A stretch of 64,000 nt of DNA from positions 2,624,001-2,688,000 of the forward strand of contig OZ243972.1 of assembly GCA_965214705.1 (NCBI GenBank), written 5' to 3'. This DNA is from Alphaproteobacteria bacterium. Its GTDB lineage: Bacteria > Pseudomonadota > Alphaproteobacteria > UBA828. Of the stretch, positions 29,438 to 39,856 are shown piece by piece. A model generated the notes under the pieces. The model searched no databases, was not told the DNA's origin, and was given only the letters and a program-made list of their open reading frames with translations. The stretch's first letter is position 1. Every line of letters starts with the position of its first letter. The translations under genes and the position numbers were made by a program.

Positions 29438-30185
29438 GCCCTTCGTCCCCGAGGTAGGCGCGCTGCACCTCCTCGTTGGCGCGTATCTCCTCCGGCGTGC
29501 CGCTTGCGATGATCCGGCCGTAGACGATGACGGAGATACGGTCCGCAAGGGCGAAGACCGCATCCATGTCGTGCTCGACCAGCAGGATCGGGGCCTCCGC
29601 CCGCAGGTCATCGAGAATCTCGATCAGCTTCGCCGTGTTTTCCGGCCCCATGCCCGCCATGGGCTCGTCCAGCAGGAACGCCTTGGGCTTGAGCGCGAGC
29701 GCGATGGCGATCTCCAGCGCCCTTCGCTCGCCGTGCGACATGTCGCCTGCGCGAACGTCAGCCCTGTCGTCCAGCAGGAGGCGTTCGAGATGGGCCATCG
29801 CCTGCGTCATCAGTGGCTTGTCCTTGAGCGCCGGCTTGAGGAAGCGGAAGGTCTTCCGTTCCACCGATTGGACCGCCAGCATGACGTTCTGCAGCCCCGA
29901 GAACTCCGGCGCGACGGAGGACACCTGAAACGTCCGCGCCAGCCCAAGCTGGGCGCGCGCCACCATGTCCAGCCGGTCGATGTCGCGGCCGGCGAAGCGG
30001 ATCGAGCCGCTGTCCTGCCTGATCTCGCCCGCGATCTGCTTGATGACGGTGGACTTGCCGGCACCGTTCGGCCCGATCAGCGCATGAATCTCGCCGGGCA
30101 CGAGGTCGAGCGTCACCGCGTCGCTCGCGACCACCGCGCCGAAGCGCTTCGACAGCTTCTCGGTCTGGAGGATCGGCTCAGGCAT
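29421..30185 (-). CDS. Branched-chain-type ABC ATP-binding protein (LivG-like)
   Basis: GPNGAGKST, LLDEPMAGM, VEHDMD, VQRAYLG. Confidence 0.92.
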   Translation of the reverse strand: MPEPILQTEKLSKRFGAVVASDAVTLDLVPGEIHALIGPNGAGKSTVIKQIAGEIRQDSGSIRFAGRDIDRLDMVARAQLGLARTFQVSSVAPEFSGLQNVMLAVQSVERKTFRFLKPALKDKPLMTQAMAHLERLLLDDRADVRAGDMSHGERRALEIAIALALKPKAFLLDEPMAGMGPENTAKLIEILDDLRAEAPILLVEHDMDAVFALADRISVIVYGRIIASGTPEEIRANEEVQRAYLGDEGHDGAA

Positions 30186-31161
30186 GGCGGGGTTGGCCCG
30201 CCAGAATGCCGATGACGCCGCCGCGGGCGAACAGCACCAGCGCCACCAGCAGCGCGCCGAGTAGGAGAAGCCAGTGCTCGCTCACGTCGCCCAGGGTGTT
30301 TTCCAGCACGATGTAGAGCGCGGCGCCGGCGGTGGGGCCGAACAGCCGTCTCGTACCGCCCAGGATCACGAACACCATGATCTCGCCCGAGGTGTGCCAC
30401 GACAGCATCGACGGGCTGACGAAGCGGTTGAGGTCGGCGTAGAGCGCGCCCGCGAGCCCCGCCATCATGCCCGAGATCACGAAGGCGGTGAGCTTCACGC
30501 GGAAGGGACTGATGCCGACGGTCGCCAGCCGCTGCGCGTTCTGCCGCGCGCCGCCCAGCGCGAGCCCAAAGCGCGATCGCGAGAGCAGGAAGGAGAAGCC
30601 GATCGCAAGGATGAGGAGGACGTAGCAGATGGCGAAGAAGTGGAGCGGGTTGAGCGTGTTGAGGCCGGGGAATTCGTTCCTGATGTAGATCGAGAGCCCG
30701 TCCTCGCCGCCGTAGGCCGGCCACGAGATGGCGAAGTAGTAGACCATCTGGGCGAAGGCCAGCGTGATCATGATGAAGAAGACGCCGGTGGTGCGCAGGG
30801 AGAGCGCGCCGATCACCAGCGCCGCAATGCCGCTGACGACGATGGCGACGGGCCAGATGATCAGCATCTGCGTCGTGCCTTCGATCAGCAGCGGCGCGGT
30901 GAAGAGCGGCTCGTAGTTGAGGGCGTGGCTCGCGAGGATGCCGGCTGCGTAGCCGCCGAGCCCGAAGAACGCCGCGTGGCCGAGCGAGACCACGCCGCCG
31001 TAGCCGAGGGCGATGTTGAGGCCGGTGCCGGCAAGCCCGAGGATCGCCACCTTGGTCGCGAGCGTGATGACGAAAGGCTCGTCGAAGGCGTTGCCGAGCA
31101 GCGGCGCGGCAAGCAGGCCCACCGCGATTAGGAGACTGATGGCCGCCTCGCGGGTCATCAT
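30178..31161 (-). CDS. Branched-chain-type ABC permease (LivM-like)
   Basis: SLGHAAFFGLGGY, FFIMITLAFAQM. Confidence 0.92.
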   Translation of the reverse strand: MMTREAAISLLIAVGLLAAPLLGNAFDEPFVITLATKVAILGLAGTGLNIALGYGGVVSLGHAAFFGLGGYAAGILASHALNYEPLFTAPLLIEGTTQMLIIWPVAIVVSGIAALVIGALSLRTTGVFFIMITLAFAQMVYYFAISWPAYGGEDGLSIYIRNEFPGLNTLNPLHFFAICYVLLILAIGFSFLLSRSRFGLALGGARQNAQRLATVGISPFRVKLTAFVISGMMAGLAGALYADLNRFVSPSMLSWHTSGEIMVFVILGGTRRLFGPTAGAALYIVLENTLGDVSEHWLLLLGALLVALVLFARGGVIGILAGQPRHA

Positions 31162-32084
31162 CAGTGCGCCCTGGTGCCGAACAGGCCGGTCGGGCGCAGG
31201 AACAGCACCAGCGCCATCAGGATGTAGATGAGCATGGAGGCCAATGCTGAGCCGACGTTGTTGGCAGTGGAGGAGTCCATGAACGTGTCGAACGCGACGG
31301 GGAGCAGGAAGCGCCCGAGCGTGTCGGCGAGGCCCACCAGGATTGCGCTTACCAGCGCGCCGACGATGGAGCCGAGCCCGCCGATGATGATGACGACGAA
31401 GGCGAGAATCAGCACCGGCTCGCCCATGCCCACCTGCACCGACTGGATGGTGCCCACCAGCGCGCCTGCGAGGCCGGCCAGCGCCGCGCCGATGGCGAAC
31501 ACGGTGGTGTAGAGCTTGCGGATGTCGACACCGAGGGCGGCGATCATCTCCCGGTCGGATTCGCCGGCCCGGATGCGGATGCCGAGGCGCGTGCGTGCGA
31601 TCAGGAGAAAGAGTCCGCCTGCGATCACGAGTCCGATCAGGATGATCGCGAAGCGGAAGAGGGGGTAGTCGATGCCGCCGGGAAGCGCCACCGGCCCCGA
31701 CAGGAAGTCGGGCACGGTGAGGTAGAGCGGAAAGGAGCCGAATACCCAGCGGGTGCCCTCGGAGAAGACAAGGATCAGCGCGAAGGTCGCGAGCACCTGA
31801 TCGAGATGGTCGCGACGGTAGAGCCGGCGGATGACGGCGACCTCGACGAGGGCGCCTGCGGCGGCGGCGGCCGCGAGGCTCGCCGCAAGCCCCACCCAGT
31901 AGGAGCCGGTCGCGGCAGCCACGGCGGCGCAGGCGAAGGCGCCAATCATGTAGAACGAGCCGTGGGCGAGGTTGATGAGGCCCATGACGCCAAAGATGAG
32001 CGTCAGCCCGGCGGCCATCAGAAACAGCATGAAGCCGAACTGAAGGCCGTTCAGGAGCTGCTCGACGATGAGCGAGACCGTCAA
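31161..32084 (-). CDS. Branched-chain-type ABC permease (LivH-like)
   Basis: GLTLIFGVMGLINLAHGSFYM, IIGGLGSIVG. Confidence 0.92.
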   Translation of the reverse strand: MTVSLIVEQLLNGLQFGFMLFLMAAGLTLIFGVMGLINLAHGSFYMIGAFACAAVAAATGSYWVGLAASLAAAAAAGALVEVAVIRRLYRRDHLDQVLATFALILVFSEGTRWVFGSFPLYLTVPDFLSGPVALPGGIDYPLFRFAIILIGLVIAGGLFLLIARTRLGIRIRAGESDREMIAALGVDIRKLYTTVFAIGAALAGLAGALVGTIQSVQVGMGEPVLILAFVVIIIGGLGSIVGALVSAILVGLADTLGRFLLPVAFDTFMDSSTANNVGSALASMLIYILMALVLFLRPTGLFGTRAH

Positions 32085-32278
32085 GTTGGTGCCTCGGTCA
32101 CGCGGATGGCCCGGCGACTGCTGACTCGCAACGAATGTCGGGAGCGGCCTTCCATGCCCATGCTTTCGACTTCGGACGCTTGCGGTCCACTTAGCATCTT
32201 GAGTGACGAACTAGGTAGGGCTTGCGTTGAACGCATTCCCTGCAGACAATCTAGTCAGACTGGTCAGGATCATGTGAT

Positions 32279-32527
32279 ATGGCGACATGGCAGGTGCAGG
32301 AGGCCAAGGCGCGCTTCAGCGAGTTGATGCGCGGTGCCGACGAGGCCGGGCCGCAGACGATCACCGTGCGAGGGCGGCGTGCGGCCGTGCTCCTGTCCGC
32401 GAACGATTACGACCGTCTCCGTAGCCGAAAGCCCTCGTTGACCGTGCTCATGCGCGCGTCTCCGCTGGCGGGTATCGAGCTCACCGTCGACCGAGACCAA
32501 ACGCCGCCGCGCGATGTCGATCTGTGA
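32279..32527 (+). CDS. Phd/YefM-family antitoxin
   Basis: WQVQEAKARFSEL...GPQTITVRGRRAAVLLS. Confidence 0.92.
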   Translation: MATWQVQEAKARFSELMRGADEAGPQTITVRGRRAAVLLSANDYDRLRSRKPSLTVLMRASPLAGIELTVDRDQTPPRDVDL

Positions 32528-32937
32528 GCTTCCTCGTCGACACTTGCGCACTCTCCGAGCTGGTCAAGCCGAAACCGTCGAGTGACGTCTGCGACTGGTT
32601 CGACGCTGCACCGCCGGAAGTGCTGTTCGTGAGTGTTCTGACGCTCGGCGAAATTCGGAAGGGCGTGGAAAAGCTCGAAGGCGGTCGCCGACGCGCACTG
32701 ATCGCCACGTGGCTCGAGACGGCGTTGCCTGCGTGGTTCGAAGACCGGGTCCTGCCGGTGGATGCCGGCGTCGCGGACGAATGGGGTCGTCTGGCGGCCC
32801 GCCTGCCCAGGCCGATTCCCGCCATCGACAGCCTCATCGCCGCGACCGCTATCCGGCACCGCCTCGCGATCGTCACGCGCAACGAACCCGACTTCGCGAC
32901 CACGGGAGTGGATATCTTGAACCCGTGGAAGACTTGA
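32524..32937 (+). CDS. vapC: VapC PIN-domain toxin
   Basis: FLVDTCALSEL, SVLTLGEIRKG, DSLIAATA, IVTRNEPDF; 4-bp overlap with the antitoxin. Confidence 0.93.
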   Translation: MSFLVDTCALSELVKPKPSSDVCDWFDAAPPEVLFVSVLTLGEIRKGVEKLEGGRRRALIATWLETALPAWFEDRVLPVDAGVADEWGRLAARLPRPIPAIDSLIAATAIRHRLAIVTRNEPDFATTGVDILNPWKT

Positions 32938-32986
32938 GTGGTCGGAGAGACCGGTCGTCTGCCACGGCATGAATCGCCAAGAGCAC

Positions 32987-33017
32987 CGGAACGGGCCGCG
33001 CTGAGCGGCCCGTTCCG
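32987..33017. terminator. GC-rich hairpin between the convergent vapC and binding-protein genes
   Basis: Perfect 13-bp stem CGGAACGGGCCGC / GCGGCCCGTTCCG with a 5-nt loop; no U-tract. Confidence 0.55.
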
Positions 33018-33031
33018 TCCGCTCCAGCAGG

Positions 33032-34171
33032 CTACATCTGGCAGACGTCGATATACGCGTTGGCGTGGTCGGTCATGGCCACGCCCACGATCTTGTTGGT
33101 GTAGACGTCACCTTCCTTGATCACTTCGCGGACGTAGATGTCCTGGATCGGGTGGTGGTTGGGGGCGAATGCGAAGTCGCCGCGCGTGGACTTGAAGTCC
33201 GCCGCCCTGAGAGCATCGCGGAACGCGTCGGCATCCGAGACGCTCGCCTTGCCCATGGCCGAGATCAGCAGGTTCGCCGTGTCGAAGCCCTGGCTCGCAT
33301 AGAGCGAGGGCAGGCGGCCGTACTCGGCCTGGAAGCTCTCGACGAAAGCCTTGTTGGTCGGATTGTCGATGTCCTTGTTCCACTGCGAGGTGTTCTTCAC
33401 ACCCATCGCCGCCTCGCCGACGGCCTGCAGGATGCCCTGGTCGAAGGAGAAGGCAGGGCCGACGAGCGGGATGTCGATACCGGCCTGGGCATACTGCTTG
33501 AGGAAGGCGATGCCCATGCCGCCCGGCAGGAAGAAGTACACGCTGTCGGCGCCCGAGGCCCTAATCTGCGCGATCTCCGGCGCGTATTCGTTCGCGCCCA
33601 GCTTGGTGTAGACCTCGTCGGCGACGGCGCCTTTATAGAAGCGCTTGTAACCGGTCAGCATGTCGCGGCCGGCGGGGTAGTTGGGCGCGAGCAGAAAGCT
33701 GTTGCTGTAGCCGGCGTCGTTCGCATAGCCGCCGGCGGCCTCGGCCAGATTGTCGTTCTGCCAGGCGACGTTGAAGTAGTTCTCGTGGCAGCGTTCGCCG
33801 GCAAGCAGCGAGGGCCCCGCGTTGGGCGAGAGGTAGAACTTGCCCTGCTGCACCACTGCCGGCACGACGGCGATGGCGAGGTTCGACCAGATGATGCCAG
33901 TCAGCACGTCGACCTTGTCGCTCTGCATCATCTTGTCGGCGAGCTGGACGGCGATATCCGGCTTGCGCTGGTCGTCCTCCACGATCACCTCGATGTCGGC
34001 ACCGGCTTGCTTGACGGCGAGCATGAAGGCGTCGCGCACGTCGATGCCGAGGCTGGCACCGCCGCCGGAGAGTGTCGTGATCATGCCGACCTTGAGCGTC
34101 TCGGCATGGGCGGCCGTTGCCAGCGCCATCGCTGCAACCGCCACTGTCAGCAGGCTGGGTAATTTTCTCAT
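33032..34171 (-). CDS. ABC substrate-binding protein (branched-chain/aromatic type)
   Basis: Signal peptide; LTGIIWSNL, SPNAGPS, FFLPGGMGIAF. Confidence 0.92.
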   Translation of the reverse strand: MRKLPSLLTVAVAAMALATAAHAETLKVGMITTLSGGGASLGIDVRDAFMLAVKQAGADIEVIVEDDQRKPDIAVQLADKMMQSDKVDVLTGIIWSNLAIAVVPAVVQQGKFYLSPNAGPSLLAGERCHENYFNVAWQNDNLAEAAGGYANDAGYSNSFLLAPNYPAGRDMLTGYKRFYKGAVADEVYTKLGANEYAPEIAQIRASGADSVYFFLPGGMGIAFLKQYAQAGIDIPLVGPAFSFDQGILQAVGEAAMGVKNTSQWNKDIDNPTNKAFVESFQAEYGRLPSLYASQGFDTANLLISAMGKASVSDADAFRDALRAADFKSTRGDFAFAPNHHPIQDIYVREVIKEGDVYTNKIVGVAMTDHANAYIDVCQM

Positions 34172-34222
34172 GGGTCTTGGCCTCCCGTGGTGTGTCTTCG
34201 TCCAATCAGTCTAGGGGAGCAG

Positions 34223-35671
34223 TCACGCGCCCGCGTTGACCGGGGGCAAGCGATCCGCCCAGGGTTGCGCCTGTTCAAGCTGGCCGGCGAGGCGGAAGAG
34301 CAGCGCTTCGTCGAGGTCGCGCCCGACCAGCTGGGAGCCCACCGGCACGCCGTCGGCGGTCCAGTGCAGCGGCAGCGAAATGCCCGGAAGCCCGGTCGCG
34401 TTGAAAGGCTGGGTGAAGGCGCAATCCGGTCCCATGATGTTCGCGTTGTAGTCGTCACAATCGCGCGACATGTCGTAGTAGCCGATCTTGCGCGCCACCA
34501 TCGGCACCACCGGGCATAGCCATGCGTCGTAGGCGGCCATTCGCCCCACGATGTCGCGGCACATGGCGCGGAGCTGAGCCACGTCGTTGTGATGATCGAC
34601 GCCGGAGATGCCGCGGCCCCGCTGGATCGTCGTCCAGTAGAGGTTCTCGGTTTCGTCCTGCCTGAGCGTGTGGCCGACGAGCTCGGCCGAGCCATCGAAC
34701 CAGGCTGCCGTGACCACAGCGCCGATCCGCATGTAGCAGTCGTAGAGCGGCCAGAAGTCGTAGGGCGCGGTCTCGGGCGTGACCCGGTGGCCGAGGCTCT
34801 CCAGCAGCTTGCCGGTGTTCTCGATGCCTTCGCGCACCTCTGCGTCCACCGGGGTGCAGCCGTCGGGCGAGGCGGTGACCATGGCGATCGAGAGCGAGTC
34901 CGGATCCTTGCCGATCTCGTCGAGGTAGGGGGTCTCCGGCATGACCGCGTAGTAGGGATCGCCGCGCATGGGGCCGCCCACGGTGTCGAAGAAAGCCGCC
35001 GTGTCGCGCAGGCTGCGCGAGACGCAGAGGAAGGTCACGCCGCCGTACCAGAAGTCCGCACCCGGCGCCATCGTGATGCGCCCGCGCGCGGGCTTGAGGC
35101 CGACGAGGCCGGAATGGCAGGCGGGCGTGCGGATGGAACCGCCGCCGTCGCTTGCTTCCGCCAGCGGCAGCACGCGGGCCGCCACCGCCGCCGCGGAGCC
35201 GCCGGAGGAGCCGCCCGGCGTGCGCGTCGTGTCCCACGGATTGACCGTCGGGCCGTACATCTTGGGCTCGGTGGAGAGCGCCCAGCCGGCCTCGGGCGAG
35301 TTGGACTTGCCGAGCAGCACGAAGCCCGCCTGCTTGACGCGCCGGACCTGCTCGTTGTCGCTGGTCGAGACGACATCCTTGAAGTAGGGGCAGGCATTGG
35401 TGTTCTGCAGGCCGGTCCAATCGGTCGCGATCTCCTTCACCAGCCAGGGCACGCCCTTGAAGGGGCCGTCGGGCAGCGTCGGGTCGGCCGCCATCTTGCG
35501 GCCTTCCTCGTAGGCTTTGTAGGTGAGGAAGTTGAGCGTGCCGTTGACGGCTTCGGCGCGGCGAATCGCCTCTTCGAGCACCTCGCTCGGTGAAACCTCG
35601 CCTTGTTTGACCAGGGCGGCGAGCCCCACGCCGTCGAGTGAGCCGTAAACCTCGGAAATCCCGCCCGTCAT
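34223..35671 (-). CDS. Amidase signature family enzyme
   Basis: GVPWLVKE, TPGGSSGGSAAAVA, SDGGGSIRTPA. Confidence 0.94.
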   Translation of the reverse strand: MTGGISEVYGSLDGVGLAALVKQGEVSPSEVLEEAIRRAEAVNGTLNFLTYKAYEEGRKMAADPTLPDGPFKGVPWLVKEIATDWTGLQNTNACPYFKDVVSTSDNEQVRRVKQAGFVLLGKSNSPEAGWALSTEPKMYGPTVNPWDTTRTPGGSSGGSAAAVAARVLPLAEASDGGGSIRTPACHSGLVGLKPARGRITMAPGADFWYGGVTFLCVSRSLRDTAAFFDTVGGPMRGDPYYAVMPETPYLDEIGKDPDSLSIAMVTASPDGCTPVDAEVREGIENTGKLLESLGHRVTPETAPYDFWPLYDCYMRIGAVVTAAWFDGSAELVGHTLRQDETENLYWTTIQRGRGISGVDHHNDVAQLRAMCRDIVGRMAAYDAWLCPVVPMVARKIGYYDMSRDCDDYNANIMGPDCAFTQPFNATGLPGISLPLHWTADGVPVGSQLVGRDLDEALLFRLAGQLEQAQPWADRLPPVNAGA

Positions 35672-35777
35672 GCGTCCTCTCCCTGCATCATGCGATCGCG
35701 CCCAAGCGCCGGCTTGTTATCGCACGCCGGGCGCAGGCGTGACACCCTCGGCCTGACTGGGGGCTCTTGCCGTTCCT

Positions 35778-38700
35778 TCAGGCCGGCGCCGGCTGGCGTG
35801 CCGCGCCGGAGCGCTCCGCGCGCAACTTGCGGGTCGCCTCCTCGTCGAGCCGCATCGGCTCGGGCTCGATCACGACGCCGTAGTCGTCCCGCGCGCGCTC
35901 GATAGAGGTGAAGCCGTCGAACACGTCCGAGAGCACCAGCGCCGGATCGCGCTCCAGCGGATCGCCGTAGCCGCCCGAGTTCGGCACCGTGATCTCGATG
36001 CTGTCGCCGGCGGCGAGTCGGAAGCCGGTGAACTTCGACGGCCACGCTTCTTCGTCCGCGCCGCCGCGGTTGCGCACGACGGAGGCGTTCAGCCCCGCCA
36101 TGCCGCCGAAGACTCCCCAGGGCTCGTCGGACTCGTGCCGCTCTCCTTCGCAGGTGACGATGGTCTCCACCAGCATCCTGTTGACCCGCACCATGCCGAT
36201 GCCGCCCCGCCACTTGCCGGCGGCGCAGGGCTCGTTGCGCAGCTCGTAGCGCTCGGTGCGGATCGGGAAGCGCCACTCCAGCTCCTCGATCGGGTTGTTG
36301 CGGGTGTTGGCGATGAGGCAATCCACGGCGTCCATGCCGTCGCGATCCGGGCGGCCGCCGTAGGAGCCTTCGTCGACCTCCAGGTAGACCCAGTACTCGC
36401 CCTGTTCCGCGTCGAAGCCGGAGTAGGAGATGAAGTGCAGGTGGGCGGAGTTGCCCGCGGTCACCCGCTCCGGCACCACCGGCGCGAGCGCGCGCAGCAC
36501 CAGATCGACCGCGCGCTGCACCTGGCAGAAGCGGGCGAAGCAGGAGCGCGGGAAGTTGGGGTTGAAGATCGAGCCCTTGGGCGCGATGACGTTGATCGGC
36601 CGGGTCATGCCCTCGTTCTGCGGCACGTAGACCGGGTGGGTCACGGTATCGAGGAAGATCATCCGCGTGATGAACGACATGGCGGAGCAGGTCGTGCCCT
36701 CGAAGGGCACGTTGTAGCCGGTCGGCACCTCATCGCTGGAGCCGGTGAGGTCGTAGGTGATCTCGTCGCCTTCGATGATGACCTTGACCTTGACCGGCAG
36801 CTTGCGGCCCCGGTTGACCCCGTCGTCGTCGAGATAACCCATAGCGGTCTCGTACTCGCCGTCGGGAATCCTGGCGATCTCGCGGCGCAGCATCTGCTCC
36901 GAATAGGTCATCCAGTGCTGGCCGGCCGCGTCGACGGCAGTCCGCCCGTAGCGCTCGATCAGGTCGAGGTAGCGCCGCTTGGCGAGCTCGCAGGCCGCGA
37001 TCATGGCCTGGATGTCGCCCTCGTTGGGCGTGGGCGTGCGCATGTTCTCCAGGATGTGCTTCCAGAGCCCGTCCTGCCGCACGCCTTTCACCGCGAGCTT
37101 CACGGCGCGGTAGATGTTGCCCTCGGCGTAAATGTCGACCGCGTTGATGTTGAGCCCCGGATAGGCGCCGCCGATGTCGAGCAGGTGGGCGGAGGCGCCT
37201 GCGAATCCCACCAGCTCGCCCCGATCGTAGATCGGCATCACGATGGCGCAGTCCGGCGAATGCGTGGCCCCGTAGTAGGGGTCGTTGTGGAAGATGATGT
37301 CGCCTTCGTGGATGTCGCCGTCGAGCAGCTCGATGACGTTCTGGACGATGCGCGGCATGGCGCCCATGAACATCGGCGTCGATTCAGACTCCGCCAGCAT
37401 GAGGCCGTCGCGGTCGAAGATGCCCGCGCCGAGGTCTTCGGATTCGCGGATGATCGAGGAATAGGACATGCGGTAGAGCACGCCTGCCATCTCCTGCGCG
37501 ATGGCGGTGAACGCACCGCCGATGACGCGCTGCATGATCGGCGCAGCCAGGTCGTGCCCGTGCTGCGCCACCGCGCCCGCGCAATCGATCACGATATTGC
37601 CGCGCGCATCGATCGCCGCCTCGCAGCGGGGCGGGATCACCACGGTCGTGTCGTATTGCTCGACGATGGCAGGGCCCGCGATGCGGTCGCCGGCGCGGAG
37701 CGCGGCGCGGTCGTAGAACGGCGTCTCGTGGGTCTCGCCCTTGCCCTCGACCTCGAACACCACCGGCTGGCGCAGCAGCGGCGTCGGCGCGCCATCACCG
37801 CTCTCGATCTCCGGCCAGTCGAGGTCCGGGATGCGGCCGATGGCGACCGCGCGGATGTTGATGATCTCGACGGGGGCATCGAAGCGATGGCCATACTCGG
37901 CATCGTGGGCGCGATGGAAGCGTTCGGCCAGCTCCTCGACCCAGGCGTCGTCGATCTCGCCCGCCGGTGCGTCGAAGCGCACCTCGTAGCCCTGGCCGGC
38001 GTAGCGGCAATCGGCGAGGCGGCGGATCAGGCGGTCGCCCTCCGGCACGCCGTCGGCCTCCAGCCGCGCCAGCGCCTGGCCGGTCAGTTCCTCGAAGCGG
38101 GCGGCGAGATGGGCGCGGTCGAGCGTCGCCAGCGGCTGGCGCTCGGTGGTGACGAACTCGTGCTGCATGTCGGTGGCCAGCAGCCCGGTGGCGGAGAGGA
38201 TGCCCGGATGCGGCGGCACCAGCACGCGCGGAATCTCAAGCTCCACCGCGATGTCGCAGGCGAAGAGCGGGCCCGCGCCGCCGGCGGCGACGAGGGTGAA
38301 GTCGCGCGGGTCGTAGCCGCGCCGCACGCTGTTGAGCTCGATGGCCTGCACCATGCTGAACTTCTGGATCTGGAGCGCGCCGAGCGCGGTCTCCTCCAGC
38401 GACATGTCGAGCGTGCCGGCGAGCCCTTGCAGCGCGTTCTGGGCGAGGTCCGCGTGCAGGGTCATGCTGCCGCCGACGAGGCCGCGGTCGGTGCGGAGCC
38501 GGCCGAGCGCCACCTGCGCGTCGGTGGAGGTGGGCTCGGCTCCGCCGCGTCCGTAGCAGGCGGGGCCAGGATCGGCGCCAGCGGATTGCGGGCCGACCCG
38601 GTAGATGCCGCCCTCGTCGACATAGGCGATGGAGCCGCCGCCCGCACCGATGGTGTCGATATCGACCATCGGGATCATGGCCTGGTAGTCGCCGACCTTG

Positions 38701-39641
38701 GTGTCGAGCAGGTGGCGCATCCTGAGCGCGCCGCCGGCGGCCACGCCGATGTCAGCGGACGTGCCGCCGATATCGAGCGTGAACACATTGTCGTAGCCGG
38801 CCATCTTGCCAGCCCAGATGCCACCGATCAGCCCTGCCACCGGCCCCGACATCATCAGGTTGACCGGGCCGCCGGTCGCGCTGTCTGCGGTCGTCATGCC
38901 GCCGGAGGACTGCATAAGGCGGACGCCGCGCGCGAGCCCCGCGTCCTTCAAGCCGGCTTCCAGCCGCCCGACATAGCTCCCTACGCGTGGGCCGACATAG
39001 GCGTTGAGGCAGGTGGTCGAGAAGCGCTCGAACTCGCGGTAGAGCGGCAGCACCTCGCTGGAAACCGAGAGGTAGGCGTCGGGGCACTCCTCCTGCAGGA
39101 TCTGCTTGATGCGCTGCTCGTGCGCCGGGTTGAGGTAGGCGTGCAGCAGGCAGACGGCGATGGCGTCCACTCCGGCCTTCCGAAGCACTCGCGCGCGCTC
39201 GCGCACCTCCGCCTCGTCCAGCGGCTCGATGATCTCGCCCCTGGGCGCGGTGACCCGTTCCTTGACCGTGAGCCGGTGGCGGCGCCTGACCAGCGGGCGC
39301 GACTGCCACGGCAGCTCCTGCTGCAGCGAGAAGTTGTGCGGCTTCTTGTGGCGCGCGATGTGGAGGATGTCGCGGAAGCCTTCGGTCGTGATCAGGCCGA
39401 CCTCGGCGCCCTTGTGCTCGATGGCGATGTTGGTCGCCACGGTGGTGCCGTGCAGCAGCAGGTCTACCGCCTCCAGGCTGACCCCGGCCTTGCCGCAGAG
39501 GGCGTCCACGCCCGTCATCACCGCTCGCGCTGGATCGTCCGGCGTGGACGGCACCTTGTCGACCGTGATCGCGCCTGCCGCCTCGTCGACCAGAATCAGG
39601 TCCGTGAAGGTACCGCCGACATCCACTCCGATGCGCCGCAT
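35778..39641 (-). CDS. Fused hydantoinase A/B / ATP-dependent 5-oxoprolinase-family enzyme (1287 aa)
   Basis: GVDVGGTFTD, DIGGTSADI, IGAGGGSI, HNDPYYGATHSPD, AHLLDIGG, GGYGDPLER. Confidence 0.93.
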   Translation of the reverse strand: MRRIGVDVGGTFTDLILVDEAAGAITVDKVPSTPDDPARAVMTGVDALCGKAGVSLEAVDLLLHGTTVATNIAIEHKGAEVGLITTEGFRDILHIARHKKPHNFSLQQELPWQSRPLVRRRHRLTVKERVTAPRGEIIEPLDEAEVRERARVLRKAGVDAIAVCLLHAYLNPAHEQRIKQILQEECPDAYLSVSSEVLPLYREFERFSTTCLNAYVGPRVGSYVGRLEAGLKDAGLARGVRLMQSSGGMTTADSATGGPVNLMMSGPVAGLIGGIWAGKMAGYDNVFTLDIGGTSADIGVAAGGALRMRHLLDTKVGDYQAMIPMVDIDTIGAGGGSIAYVDEGGIYRVGPQSAGADPGPACYGRGGAEPTSTDAQVALGRLRTDRGLVGGSMTLHADLAQNALQGLAGTLDMSLEETALGALQIQKFSMVQAIELNSVRRGYDPRDFTLVAAGGAGPLFACDIAVELEIPRVLVPPHPGILSATGLLATDMQHEFVTTERQPLATLDRAHLAARFEELTGQALARLEADGVPEGDRLIRRLADCRYAGQGYEVRFDAPAGEIDDAWVEELAERFHRAHDAEYGHRFDAPVEIINIRAVAIGRIPDLDWPEIESGDGAPTPLLRQPVVFEVEGKGETHETPFYDRAALRAGDRIAGPAIVEQYDTTVVIPPRCEAAIDARGNIVIDCAGAVAQHGHDLAAPIMQRVIGGAFTAIAQEMAGVLYRMSYSSIIRESEDLGAGIFDRDGLMLAESESTPMFMGAMPRIVQNVIELLDGDIHEGDIIFHNDPYYGATHSPDCAIVMPIYDRGELVGFAGASAHLLDIGGAYPGLNINAVDIYAEGNIYRAVKLAVKGVRQDGLWKHILENMRTPTPNEGDIQAMIAACELAKRRYLDLIERYGRTAVDAAGQHWMTYSEQMLRREIARIPDGEYETAMGYLDDDGVNRGRKLPVKVKVIIEGDEITYDLTGSSDEVPTGYNVPFEGTTCSAMSFITRMIFLDTVTHPVYVPQNEGMTRPINVIAPKGSIFNPNFPRSCFARFCQVQRAVDLVLRALAPVVPERVTAGNSAHLHFISYSGFDAEQGEYWVYLEVDEGSYGGRPDRDGMDAVDCLIANTRNNPIEELEWRFPIRTERYELRNEPCAAGKWRGGIGMVRVNRMLVETIVTCEGERHESDEPWGVFGGMAGLNASVVRNRGGADEEAWPSKFTGFRLAAGDSIEITVPNSGGYGDPLERDPALVLSDVFDGFTSIERARDDYGVVIEPEPMRLDEEATRKLRAERSGAARQPAPA

Positions 39642-39856
39642 GGCTCCTCTCCCTCGAACGCCGGTATCGCCGCATCTTCGCCGACACCCGGCCGCACGAC
39701 AATCACTATGGGATTAGATCGTCGCAAACGAAGGAGTTGATGCATTTGCGCTCGGCATGAAATGGCACCTTGTAACAGGTTGATGCCGTCGCCACGTGAC
39801 GGTTGAAGGTCGCCTGCAAGCCAGCGGGTCTCCGCCAACGGGCGAGCATCGTCACG

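Noticed and set aside
32939-32950. TGGTCGGAGAGA, resembling the reverse complement of a tRNA-Pro 3' end (possible att site beside vapC)
   Set aside because: Only 12 bp, with no tRNA body and no partner repeat found.
36135-39740. 1201-aa plus-strand ORF (likewise 41793-44513, 50255-51967, 55887-58121)
   Set aside because: Antisense shadows of well-supported genes, typical of high-GC codon bias.
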